Below, piece after piece: positions 24,534-32,776 of a stretch of 44,303 nt of DNA (positions are counted from its first letter, which is position 1; each line of letters opens with the position of its first letter). The notes below the pieces were generated by a model. That model did not search any database. It saw only the letters and a list, made by a program, of their open reading frames with translations, and had not been told where the DNA came from. The translations under genes were made by a program, and so were the position numbers. Source of the stretch: Myxococcaceae bacterium. GTDB lineage: Bacteria > Myxococcota > Myxococcia > Myxococcales > Myxococcaceae. The DNA is taken from contig JAKEEX010000143.1 in NCBI GenBank assembly GCA_022616315.1, forward strand, positions 1 through 44,303, written 5' to 3'.

Positions 24534-25820
24534 TCAGATGAGGCGCGCGCAGACGGCGCTGTGGACCGCGAGCCCGGCGGGGGTGAGGGCGAGCTGGCCG
24601 CCTTCGCCCGTGGCGAGGCCATGCTTCTTGAGCATACGCACCGTGGGCTCTCGCTTCGCGTAGGACTCGCCGGCTTCAGCGCAGAGGCGCTCGAGGTCGA
24701 TGCCGGACTCGAGGCGCAGGCCCAGGGAGAGGCGCTCTTCGAAGCGCTCTTTCGTTCCGAGCTCCTCGCGGGATTCCTCGGGGAGGCGGCCGGACTCCAC
24801 GGCGGTCATGTACTTGTCCGCGCTTCGGTGGTTGGCGTAGCGGAGCCCAGGGGTGACGCCGGTGCCATGTGACACAGGCTGGAGCACCGTGTCTCCAACC
24901 CCCTCACCCTCGCCCTCTCCGAGAGGGAGAGGGGACCCGGTGACGAGGAAGCCCGTGGCCCCCGCTCCCAGTGCCAGGTACTCGCCTCCAGTCCAGTAGA
25001 GGCTGTTGTGGCGCGAGTGGAAGCCGGGGCGCGCGAAGTTGGACACCTCGTAGCGCTGCAGGCCCGCGGAGCCGTAGGCCTCCTGGATGGCGCGCGCCAT
25101 GTCCGCCACCGTCTCGTCCGGGGGCAGGTGCAGCTCGCCGCGCGCGAGCTGCTTGGCGAGCACCACGTCCTGTGCCAGCGCCTCGCGCTCCAGCGTCAGC
25201 GCGTACGCGGACAGGTGCTCCGTCCCGAGCGCCGCTGCGCGCCGCGCGTCTGCTCGAGCCTGCGCGAGCGTCTGCCCGTGCACCCCGTAGATGAAGTCCA
25301 TGGACACGTTGTCGAAGCCGGCCCTCCGCGCCGCATCCAGCGCGTGCTCCGCCGCCGCGCCGTCGTGGTCCCTCCCCAGCGCCTTCAGCGTCGAGTCCTC
25401 GAAGCTCTGCACCCCGATGGACAGCCGCGTCACGCCCGCCGCCCGGTAGCCAACGAAGCGCCCCGCGTCCGCCGCGTTCGGGTTGGCCTCGAGCGACACC
25501 TCCGCATCCGCAGCGAGCTGGAACTCCCGCGCGAGCGCCTCCAGCACCCGGCCGACGAGCGAGGGCGCCCACAGCGAGGGCGTGCCTCCGCCCAGGAACA
25601 CCGAGTCCAGCGCGCGTCCCCTCAGCGTCGGCCACGCCTCGAGCCGCAACCCCAGCTCGGCCACCACCGCGTCCGCGTAGCGCTCCTCGGGCACCTTGCG
25701 CGCGATGGAGACGGCGAAGTCGCAGTACGGACAGCGGTGGAGGCACCACGGGAAGTGCACGTACACGCCGAAGCGCGCCGCCCTCCACCCCGTCAGCCTC
25801 TCGACTCCGTCAGCCGCCAT
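24534..25820 (-). CDS. hemW: Radical SAM heme chaperone HemW (HemN-like, oxygen-independent coproporphyrinogen oxidase family)
   Basis: ATG at 25820 with a purine-rich RBS. CxxxCxxC cluster in VYVHFPWCLHRCPYCDF. Also SVFLGGGTPS, LEANP and RLSIGVQSF. The C-terminal HemN_C-like part is interrupted by the repeat-encoded SPLPLGEGEGEGV. Confidence 0.85.
   Translation of the reverse strand: MAADGVERLTGWRAARFGVYVHFPWCLHRCPYCDFAVSIARKVPEERYADAVVAELGLRLEAWPTLRGRALDSVFLGGGTPSLWAPSLVGRVLEALAREFQLAADAEVSLEANPNAADAGRFVGYRAAGVTRLSIGVQSFEDSTLKALGRDHDGAAAEHALDAARRAGFDNVSMDFIYGVHGQTLAQARADARRAAALGTEHLSAYALTLEREALAQDVVLAKQLARGELHLPPDETVADMARAIQEAYGSAGLQRYEVSNFARPGFHSRHNSLYWTGGEYLALGAGATGFLVTGSPLPLGEGEGEGVGDTVLQPVSHGTGVTPGLRYANHRSADKYMTAVESGRLPEESREELGTKERFEERLSLGLRLESGIDLERLCAEAGESYAKREPTVRMLKKHGLATGEGGQLALTPAGLAVHSAVCARLI
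24901..24935. repeat. Palindromic repeat copy C, inside hemW and in frame
   Basis: CCCTCACCCTCGCCCTCTCCGAGAGGGAGAGGGGA matches copy A at 32/35. Read on the minus strand in the hemW frame, it encodes SPLPLGEGEGEGV. Confidence 0.9.
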
Positions 25821-27858
25821 TCCTCTTCTTCGGCGACGCCAGCTGGGCCTCCAGCGCCTTGTACGCGGTGTCCCACTGGCGCGCCTGCTCCTCCAGCGCA
25901 AGCCGCTCGGCGTGCTCTGCCTTGAAGGCGGCGTCCCACTGGTGCACCTGCTCCTCCAGCGTCTTGCGCTGGCGCCGGGCCTCGTCGAGCGCCTCCTTGT
26001 ACTCGCGCAGCCGCGCCTCCAGCCGCCCGCGCAGCGTCCGTTCCTTCTCAACGCGCGCCTCGGCCTCCTTCATTCGCTCCTCGAGCTCCCGCTGCCCGGC
26101 CTGAGGAGCGCCCACGCCCAGGGACCGTCCGGCCCCCGACCCCTCCAGCGAGCCCGTGCGCTGCTGCTCGCCCTGCGCCGCGAGGATCTCCACCATCTCC
26201 CGGGCCTGCGCCTCGGCCTGCTCCGCGCGCTTGTGCGCCTCCCTCAGCTGCGCGGACAGCGCCACCTCGCGTGAGCGCAGCTCCTCCTCCCGCTTCGCCG
26301 CGCCGAGCGCCGCCTCGCCCATCTTCTGCATGGCCGAGCTGCGCCCCTTCAGCGCCTGGAGCTCGGTGGCGAGCTCACGCCGCGCGGCCTCCGCCTTGGC
26401 CTGGGCCGCGTTCGCGTTGTCGCGCTCGACCTGCAGCACCATCCGCGCGGACTCCGCATCCGACAGGAGGGCCCGCGCCTCGAGCAGCTCCTCCGCCATG
26501 CGCGCGCTCTCGTCGTCCTGCTCCCCGCGTGCCTCCTCGCTCCGGAACGCGCGCTCGGACGCGAGCGAGGCCCTGAGCCCCTCCAGCTCCGCCTCCCCCC
26601 GCCCCTGCTCCTCCGCCAGCGCGGCCTGTGCGGCCTCGAGCGCCCCCTGCAGCTCGGCCAGCTGGACGCCGGCCCCGGACTCCGCGGCGTCGAGCCTCTG
26701 GTTGAGGCGCCGCACGTCCGCCTCGCGCTCCCTCAGGAGCTGCCGCGCCTCGTCGCGCTCCACGGTGAGGGTGTGCACCTGCTGCTGGAGCGCCTCGAGC
26801 GAGCTCTGTGCCCACTCCTCCTCGCCCTTGAGCCTCCGGGCGCGCTGGACCTCCGCGTCGAGCTGCGCGCGGACCTCGCTCAGCTGCCGCCCCACCGTCT
26901 CGAGCTCGTGGGCGAGCCCGTCGCGGTCGGTCACCCCCACGTCCCGCTCCGCGAGCGCCGCGTCCCGCTCGGCCACGGTAGCATCCAGCTCGTCGCGCGC
27001 CTGGGCCAGCGCCTGCTCCAGCGCGTCGCGCTCCGGCCGGAGCTCCTCGAGCTCTGCGCGCGCCGCCTCCAGCGCGGCCCCCGTCTCCTGCGCCTCCTGC
27101 TCGAGCGCCGCCACCCTCGCGCGCGTCTGCGACAGCACATCGGACGCCGAGGTCAGCTCACGCGCCAGCTGCTCCCGCGTCGCGCGCTCCGCGGACAGCT
27201 GCTGCTGCAGCGGCGGGAGCTGGGCCTCCACCTCCGCGAGCGCGTGAGACAGGTCCTTCCGCTCGGTCTCGAGCGCCTCGAGCTCTGCACCGCGGCGCTG
27301 CGCGAGCGCCTCCGCCTCCCGCCCGCGCAGGCGCTCCATGTCCAGCTGGGCGGAGAGCACCTGGCCGCGCTCGGACACGTCACGCAGGCGCGCGAGCTCT
27401 CCTTGCGCCTCCGCGAGCCGTCCCTGCAGCGACTGCGCCGTGCCGCGCACCGCCGCGAGGTCCTCCTCCACGTGTGCGTAGAGGGTCCGCGCGCGCGCGA
27501 GCGTCTCCTGCTTCTGGCGCACCAGGACGCGGAAGAACTCGACCTTCTCCTCGGGCGCGCCGGACTTCGGCAGCCGGGGCTCGGGTGGCTCGCCGAAGGG
27601 GTCCTCGGTTGCTCCCCTACCAGGCTGCCTGGCAGGCACCGCGGTGCGCGCGCCTGCGTCACCGAGAGGTGGCGGCGCCCCCTCCGAACGCACGGGTGCC
27701 CCGGGCCCGCCTCCGACGCGCGTGCTGGTCCGCCGCTGCGGTGGGAGCGGGGGTGGCGACGAGGGAGGGGTCCCCGGCGTCTGCGGCGCGGGCGCAGCAG
27801 GGCCTTCGCGGCCCGGGCGGAGCGCCGCGAGTGGATCAACCGGGTCCTGGGAGGACAT
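25810..27858 (-). CDS. Long coiled-coil protein with Pro-rich disordered N-terminus (function unknown)
   Basis: ATG at 27858 (MSSQDPVDPL...). About 115 aa are rich in Pro, Gly and Ala. These are followed by ~560 aa of uninterrupted E/A/R/L/Q heptad-like sequence. The TGA at 25810-25812 overlaps the hemW ATG by 11 nt. The listed 1894-aa ORF continues upstream only as an antisense shadow of the M16 and prmA genes. Confidence 0.75.
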   Translation of the reverse strand: MSSQDPVDPLAALRPGREGPAAPAPQTPGTPPSSPPPLPPQRRTSTRVGGGPGAPVRSEGAPPPLGDAGARTAVPARQPGRGATEDPFGEPPEPRLPKSGAPEEKVEFFRVLVRQKQETLARARTLYAHVEEDLAAVRGTAQSLQGRLAEAQGELARLRDVSERGQVLSAQLDMERLRGREAEALAQRRGAELEALETERKDLSHALAEVEAQLPPLQQQLSAERATREQLARELTSASDVLSQTRARVAALEQEAQETGAALEAARAELEELRPERDALEQALAQARDELDATVAERDAALAERDVGVTDRDGLAHELETVGRQLSEVRAQLDAEVQRARRLKGEEEWAQSSLEALQQQVHTLTVERDEARQLLREREADVRRLNQRLDAAESGAGVQLAELQGALEAAQAALAEEQGRGEAELEGLRASLASERAFRSEEARGEQDDESARMAEELLEARALLSDAESARMVLQVERDNANAAQAKAEAARRELATELQALKGRSSAMQKMGEAALGAAKREEELRSREVALSAQLREAHKRAEQAEAQAREMVEILAAQGEQQRTGSLEGSGAGRSLGVGAPQAGQRELEERMKEAEARVEKERTLRGRLEARLREYKEALDEARRQRKTLEEQVHQWDAAFKAEHAERLALEEQARQWDTAYKALEAQLASPKKRNGG
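25865..25961 (-). repeat. Two 34-nt near-identical segments 63 nt apart (21-codon phase) in the 3' end of the coiled-coil gene
   Basis: 25865..25898 and 25928..25961 match at 31/34: GCGG(T/C)GTCCCACTGG(C/T)GC(G/A)CCTGCTCCTCCAGCG. They encode LEEQ(A/V)(R/H)QWD(T/A)A(Y/F)KA. Confidence 0.8.
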
Positions 27859-27924
27859 GACGCTGGAGAGACTACCGCCTCCCCCCCCATGCTGCCCAGT
27901 TTGCAACGTCAGGAGGTTGCTCGC

Positions 27925-30525
27925 ATGCCGCTGCGCTACCGGCTGTCCAATGGGCTCACCGTCGTCTTCGAGGAGCAGCACGCGGCCAGAGTGGCGGCCT
28001 TCCAGGTGTGGGTGCGTGCCGGCAGCGCGGACGAGCGCGAGGACCAGGCGGGGCTCGCCCACCTGCACGAGCACATGCTCTTCAAGGGCACCGCCCGGCG
28101 CGGGCCGGGCGAGGTGGCGCACGACATCGAGGCGCGCGGCGGGGAGATCAACGCCTGGACGTCCTTCGACCAGACGGTCTACCACGTGGTGATGGCCAGC
28201 CGGTTCGCCCGCGAGGGACTGGACGTGCTGGCGGACGCCGTGCGCTCCCCCGCGTTCGAGCCCTCGGAGCTCGCGCGGGAGATCGAGGTCGTCTGCGAGG
28301 AGATCAAGCGCAGCGAGGACATGCCCAGCCGGCGCGCCAGCCGCGAGCTCTTCTCCACCGCCTTCCGCGTTCACCCCTACCGCCGCCCCGTCATCGGCTG
28401 GGAGGAGACGGTGCGCGGCTTCTCCCGCGAGAAGGTGCTCGAGTTCTACGAGCGCCACTACACGCCGGAGAACATGGTGCTGTCCGTCGCGGGGGACCTC
28501 ACCGAGGAGCAGCTGCGCGCGTGGGTGGAGGAGACGCTCGGCGGGGACTGGGGCCGCTCCTACACGGGCCCGGTGCCGCGCGAGCACGAGCCCATGCCGG
28601 AGGGCCCCCGCGTCTCCCTGCGACGCGAGGAGGTGCGCGAGGCCTACCTCCACCTGGGCTTCCCCATCCCCTCGCTCGAGCATCCGGACACGCCCGCGCT
28701 GGACGTGCTCGCCATGCTGGGCGGCCAGGGGGAGGCGAGCCGGCTGGTGCGCGAGGTGAAGCGCAGAGCGGGCCTCGTCAACGACGTGCACCTCTCCGCC
28801 TACACGCCGAAGGACCCCGGGGTGATGATTGCGTCCCTCACGCTCCCGCCGGCGCACGCGGAGGCCGCGCTCGAGGCCACGGTGCGCACGCTCGCGGGGC
28901 TCGCGGCGGCCCCTCCCTCCGTGGAGGAGGTGTCCACGGTGCAGGCACTCATCGAGTCCGAGGCCGTCTACCAGCGCGAGACCGTGCAGGGCCTGGCGCG
29001 CAAGCTCGGCTACTTCGAGTCCGGCGCGGGAGGCATCGAGGCGGAGAAGCGCTACTACGAGGCCGTGGCGCAGGTGACGCCCGAGCGCGTGCAGGAGGTG
29101 GCGCAGCGCTACCTGGACTTCGACCGGGTGGTGGTGGCGGGGCTCCTGCCCGGGTCCGTCGCGCTCGACGAGGGACGGGTGCGCGAGGTGCTCGCGGGCG
29201 CCAGCCGCACCGCCCACGCGGCGCCGCCCCCGCGCCGCACGCCCCCCGCCCACGCGCCGCTCCAGGTGATGGCCTCCCTGTCGCGGCGCAGGGGTGGCCC
29301 CCTCACTGTGGAGCAGCTCCCCTCCGGCGCGCAGGTGGTGGTGCGGGAGGAGCGCGCAGTTCCGCTCGTGGCCATGCGCGCCGTCTTCCCCGGAGGACTG
29401 CGCTACGAGACGCCCCAGGACAACGGCATCACCACGCTCCTGGCACGCATGCTGACGCGCGGCACCGCCACCCGCGACGCGGAGGACATCACGGCCGAGG
29501 TGGACGCCCTCAGCGGCAGCGTCAGCGGCGCGGGCGGGCGCAACTCCGTGTCCCTGCGTGCCGAGTGCCTCTCGCGCCACTTCACGCGGGGCTTCGCCCT
29601 CGTGGCGGACTGCCTCCTGCACCCCGCCTTCCCGGAGGAGGAGCTCGCGCGCGAGAGGCGCCTGCTGCTCCAGGACATCCACACCCGCGAGGACAAGCCG
29701 GCCAGCATGGCGTTCGACCTCTTCGCCAAGACGCTGTGGGAGCGGCACCCGTACCGTCTCCACACGCACGGCGAGCAGCACACCGTGGAGGCGCTCACGC
29801 GCGAGGCCCTGCAGGGCTACCACGCGCGCCACATGGACCCCTCCCAGCTGACGCTCGCCGTGGTGGGGGACGTGGACACGGACGAGGTGCTGGCGCGGGC
29901 GTACGAGGCGTTCGGACACGCGCGGGGCCCCTCCGCAGCGCCTCCACCCGCGCTCGTGCCCGAGGACCCACCCAGGGAGGCGCGGCAGGCCAAGAAGGTG
30001 CTCGCGCGTGCCCAGTCCCACCTGGTGCTGGGCTTCCCCGGCGCCCGCGTGAGCGACGCGTGGCGGCACGCGCTGGAGGTGCTGGTGACGGTGCTCTCCG
30101 GCCAGGGCGGGAGGCTCTTCGTGGAGCTGCGCGACAAGCGCTCCATGGCCTACAGCGTGAGCGCCCTCTCCATGGAGGGCCTGGACCCGGGCTACTTCGG
30201 CGTCTACATGGGCACCAGCCCCGAGAAGGTGGACGCTGCGCTGGACGGCATCCGCGAGCAGCTGAGGCGCGTGCGGGAGGAGCCCATCTCCGAGGCGGAG
30301 CTCTCCCGCGCGAGGGAGCACCTCATCGGCACGCACGAGATTGGCCTGCAGCGCAACGGCGCGCGCGCCGCCCTGCTCGCGCTGGACCACGCCTACGGGC
30401 TCGGGGCGGAGACCTTCCTGCACTACGCGGAGGCGGTGTCCCGCGTGGACGCGGCCGCGGTGCTGGAGGTGGCCCGCAGGGTCATCCAGCTGGAGCGGGC
30501 CACGCTCGCCGTGGTGGGCCCCTGA
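27925..30525 (+). CDS. M16 (pitrilysin) family zinc peptidase, fused active + inactive halves
   Basis: ATG at 27925 with AGGAGG 8 nt upstream. The inverzincin motif HxxEH occurs in LAHLHEHMLFKG in the first half. The second half (from ~aa 450) repeats the fold but has LLARMLTRGT at the equivalent position, with no His. Confidence 0.85.
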   Translation: MPLRYRLSNGLTVVFEEQHAARVAAFQVWVRAGSADEREDQAGLAHLHEHMLFKGTARRGPGEVAHDIEARGGEINAWTSFDQTVYHVVMASRFAREGLDVLADAVRSPAFEPSELAREIEVVCEEIKRSEDMPSRRASRELFSTAFRVHPYRRPVIGWEETVRGFSREKVLEFYERHYTPENMVLSVAGDLTEEQLRAWVEETLGGDWGRSYTGPVPREHEPMPEGPRVSLRREEVREAYLHLGFPIPSLEHPDTPALDVLAMLGGQGEASRLVREVKRRAGLVNDVHLSAYTPKDPGVMIASLTLPPAHAEAALEATVRTLAGLAAAPPSVEEVSTVQALIESEAVYQRETVQGLARKLGYFESGAGGIEAEKRYYEAVAQVTPERVQEVAQRYLDFDRVVVAGLLPGSVALDEGRVREVLAGASRTAHAAPPPRRTPPAHAPLQVMASLSRRRGGPLTVEQLPSGAQVVVREERAVPLVAMRAVFPGGLRYETPQDNGITTLLARMLTRGTATRDAEDITAEVDALSGSVSGAGGRNSVSLRAECLSRHFTRGFALVADCLLHPAFPEEELARERRLLLQDIHTREDKPASMAFDLFAKTLWERHPYRLHTHGEQHTVEALTREALQGYHARHMDPSQLTLAVVGDVDTDEVLARAYEAFGHARGPSAAPPPALVPEDPPREARQAKKVLARAQSHLVLGFPGARVSDAWRHALEVLVTVLSGQGGRLFVELRDKRSMAYSVSALSMEGLDPGYFGVYMGTSPEKVDAALDGIREQLRRVREEPISEAELSRAREHLIGTHEIGLQRNGARAALLALDHAYGLGAETFLHYAEAVSRVDAAAVLEVARRVIQLERATLAVVGP

Positions 30526-30570
30526 CTTTCCACGTGCGCGCAGGTCCGCGTTTCGTCTAGAGGACCGCGC

Positions 30571-31437
30571 ATGGCGGACACCTACCTGTCGCTGACCGTG
30601 GACCTGCCCGAGGCGGAGGCCGAGGCGCTCGAGGACGCGCTGCACGAGGCAGGTGCGCTCGGGCTCGAGGTGCGGGACGCCGAGGCCCCGCCCATGCCGG
30701 GCGTGCGCGGGCCCTCGCCCGGCGAGGCCATCGTCGTGGCCTACTTCGACGAGCGCGCCGCCGCCGAGTCCGCGCGGGAGCGCGTGGCGAGCGACTTTCC
30801 GGCCGCGCGCCTCCGGCTGGAGGAGGTGGTGCAGCAGGACTGGTCCACCGCGTGGCGACAGCACATCCACGCCGTGGAGGTGGGCCGGCTGTGGGTGGGC
30901 CCGCCGTGGCAGCTGAAGGACGCTCCGGCGGACAAGGTGCGCCTCGTCATCGAGCCGAAGATGGCCTTCGGCACCGGGGACCATCCCACCACCTCGCTCT
31001 GCCTCGCCGCGGTGGACGACTTCATGGCCTCGCACCCCGGCGCCAGCGTGCTGGACGTTGGGACTGGCACGGGCGTGCTCGCCATCGCCGCGCGGCGCCT
31101 CGGGGCGGGCCGCGTGGTGGGCGTGGACAACGACGCGACGTCCGTGGAGCTCGCCCGCGAGAACGCGCAGGTGAATGGCACCCCGGAAGTGGAGCTCTCC
31201 GGTACGCCCCTCGAGGAGGTGCCCGGCACCTTCGACCTCGTGCTCGCCAACATCCTCGCCAACACCCTCATCGAGCTGGCCCCCGCGCTCGCCGCGCACA
31301 CGGGGCAGGCGCTGGTGCTGGCCGGCGTGCTGGCGCACCAGGCGGACGCGGTGGGTGCGGCGTTCCGCGCGCAGGGCCTCACGCAGCTCAAGGGCGCGCA
31401 GGTGGGAGAGTGGGTGAGGTTGGACTTCCGCCGCTGA
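30571..31437 (+). CDS. prmA: Ribosomal protein L11 methyltransferase
   Basis: 288 aa. Contains FGTGDHPTT and the SAM motif VLDVGTGTGVLAIAARRLGAGRVVGVDND, then LVLANIL. This is the canonical PrmA layout. Confidence 0.9.
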   Translation: MADTYLSLTVDLPEAEAEALEDALHEAGALGLEVRDAEAPPMPGVRGPSPGEAIVVAYFDERAAAESARERVASDFPAARLRLEEVVQQDWSTAWRQHIHAVEVGRLWVGPPWQLKDAPADKVRLVIEPKMAFGTGDHPTTSLCLAAVDDFMASHPGASVLDVGTGTGVLAIAARRLGAGRVVGVDNDATSVELARENAQVNGTPEVELSGTPLEEVPGTFDLVLANILANTLIELAPALAAHTGQALVLAGVLAHQADAVGAAFRAQGLTQLKGAQVGEWVRLDFRR

Positions 31438-31438
31438 C

Positions 31439-32176
31439 ATGGTCCGCCTCCTCCACCCCGTCCCGGCTCCGGACGCGCCCGCGCTCACCGTCACGGGCGA
31501 CGGCTTCCACTACCTCGCGCGCGTGCTGCGGCTGCGTGAGGGCGACACGCTGGAGGTGTTCGACGGTGCGGGGAGCAGCTGGCCCGCGCGCGTGGAGACG
31601 CTCGACGCCCACGCTGCGACCGCGCGCCTCTCGCTCGGGCCACGACGCACGGCCCCGCCGCCCATGAGCCTCACGCTGCTCCAGGGGCTTCCAAAGGGGG
31701 ACAAGCTGGAGCTCGTCCTGCAGAAGGCCACCGAGCTCGGCGCCACCGCCGTGGCACCCGTGGAGACGGCGCGCAGCGTGGTGCGCATTCCTCCGGAGAA
31801 GGCGCAGGAGCGGGTGCACCGCTGGGTCCGCATCGTCGAGGAGGCCGCGCGCCAGTGCCGACGCAGCGACGTGCCCACCGTCCACCCGCCTCGCCCGCTG
31901 CTCGCCGCCGCGCGCGAGCTGCCGCAGGGCACGCGGCTTCTCGTGCTCGACGAGGAGACGCACGCCACTCCCCTCTCGCACGCCGCCGCGGGTGCACTGG
32001 ACGCACCGCTCGCGCTCGTGGTGGGGCCCGAGGGAGGGCTCACGCGAGAGGAGGTGACGGCGCTCGTTGCGCTCGGGGCCCAGCCCGTCACGCTCGGCGC
32101 GCGCATCCTCCGCACCGAGACCGCCGCCCTCGCCGCCCTCGCGGTCCTCCTCCACCTGCGCGGCGAGCTCGGCTAG
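31439..32176 (+). CDS. rsmE: 16S rRNA (uracil1498-N3)-methyltransferase
   Basis: 245 aa. Contains HYLARVLRLREGD, LLQGLPKGDKLELVLQKATELG, VGPEGGLTREE and LGARILRTETAALAALA, which are RsmE/SPOUT hallmarks. It starts 1 nt after the prmA stop. Confidence 0.9.
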   Translation: MVRLLHPVPAPDAPALTVTGDGFHYLARVLRLREGDTLEVFDGAGSSWPARVETLDAHAATARLSLGPRRTAPPPMSLTLLQGLPKGDKLELVLQKATELGATAVAPVETARSVVRIPPEKAQERVHRWVRIVEEAARQCRRSDVPTVHPPRPLLAAARELPQGTRLLVLDEETHATPLSHAAAGALDAPLALVVGPEGGLTREEVTALVALGAQPVTLGARILRTETAALAALAVLLHLRGELG

Positions 32177-32321
32177 CCGGCCTCCGGCCTGGCATTCGCG
32201 CGGGCCTGCCCCCGGGCAGCCGTGGGGGCTGGCTGGGAATTCGCCCCGACCCCAGCTTTGGGCCGTTCATTGGTCCGCAGTGGGCCCTCCCCTCGGGGGG
32301 AGGAAGTGAAGGAGAGAGCGT

Positions 32322-32588
32322 ATGGGAATCCTGACCTTCATCGTCATCGGTGTTCTGGCGGGCCTCATCGCCCGTGCCGTCGTCCCCGGCCGCCAGCAGA
32401 TGGGCCTGTTGCAAACGACGCTGCTCGGTATGACGGGCTCCTTGCTGGGTGGGCTCATCTCTGCCCTCTTCACCCACAGGCGCATCACGGACATCACGTC
32501 AACGGGCATCATCATGTCCGTCGTAGGCGCGGTCGCGGTGCTCCTGTTGCTGGGGCTCGCCCGGGGCGGGCGCCGGGTCCACGTCTGA
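32322..32588 (+). CDS. GlsB/YeaQ/YmgE-family (transglycosylase-associated) small stress membrane protein
   Basis: 88 aa: MGILTFIVIGVLAGLIARAVVPGRQQMGLLQTTLLGMTGSLLGGLISALF, a Gly-zipper TM pattern typical of this family. AAGGAGAG lies upstream of the ATG. Confidence 0.8.
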   Translation: MGILTFIVIGVLAGLIARAVVPGRQQMGLLQTTLLGMTGSLLGGLISALFTHRRITDITSTGIIMSVVGAVAVLLLLGLARGGRRVHV

Positions 32589-32668
32589 CGCCGCAGCCGA
32601 AGGCCTCCTGCGTCCGGGTGCTGTCTGGTGGACGGCACCCGGGCGCCTCTGTTACCCGGGGAAGGGCT

Positions 32669-32696
32669 CAGCGGCCTGAACGGCCGCCTGTTTCTT
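32669..32696 (+). terminator. Candidate intrinsic terminator after the GlsB-like gene
   Basis: CAGCGGCC-TGAAC-GGCCGCCTG hairpin (8 bp with one bulged C) followed directly by TTTCTT. It lies 81 nt after the stop at 32588. Confidence 0.45.
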
Positions 32697-32776
32697 GCCT
32701 CGGGCGCGCGCAGCCTCTTTCATCGCACGCCCACCATCGCAGCGCGTAGCGAAGCGCTCGAGCGAGGAGGAGTGCG

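Noticed and set aside
30536-30570. Bulged 9-bp hairpin (GCGC-A-GGTCC ... GGACC-GCGC) ending at the prmA start codon.
   Set aside because: It is imperfect, has a 14-nt loop and no U-tract. Stems of this size are common by chance in GC-rich DNA, so a regulatory role cannot be supported from sequence alone.
27859-31494. Upstream 3.6 kb of the listed 1894-aa minus-strand ORF (25810..31494).
   Set aside because: It is antisense to the well-supported M16 peptidase and prmA genes, and its translation is Arg/Gly/His-rich with no recognisable domains. Stop-free antisense frames are expected in very GC-rich coding DNA. Only the part from ATG 27858 downstream (the coiled-coil protein) was kept.
32286-32303. 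7-bp hairpin CCTCCCC-TCGG-GGGGAGG 19 nt upstream of the GlsB-like gene.
   Set aside because: It could be a leader structure, but it is short and is not the RBS actually nearest the ATG (AAGGAGAG). There is no way to distinguish it from chance.
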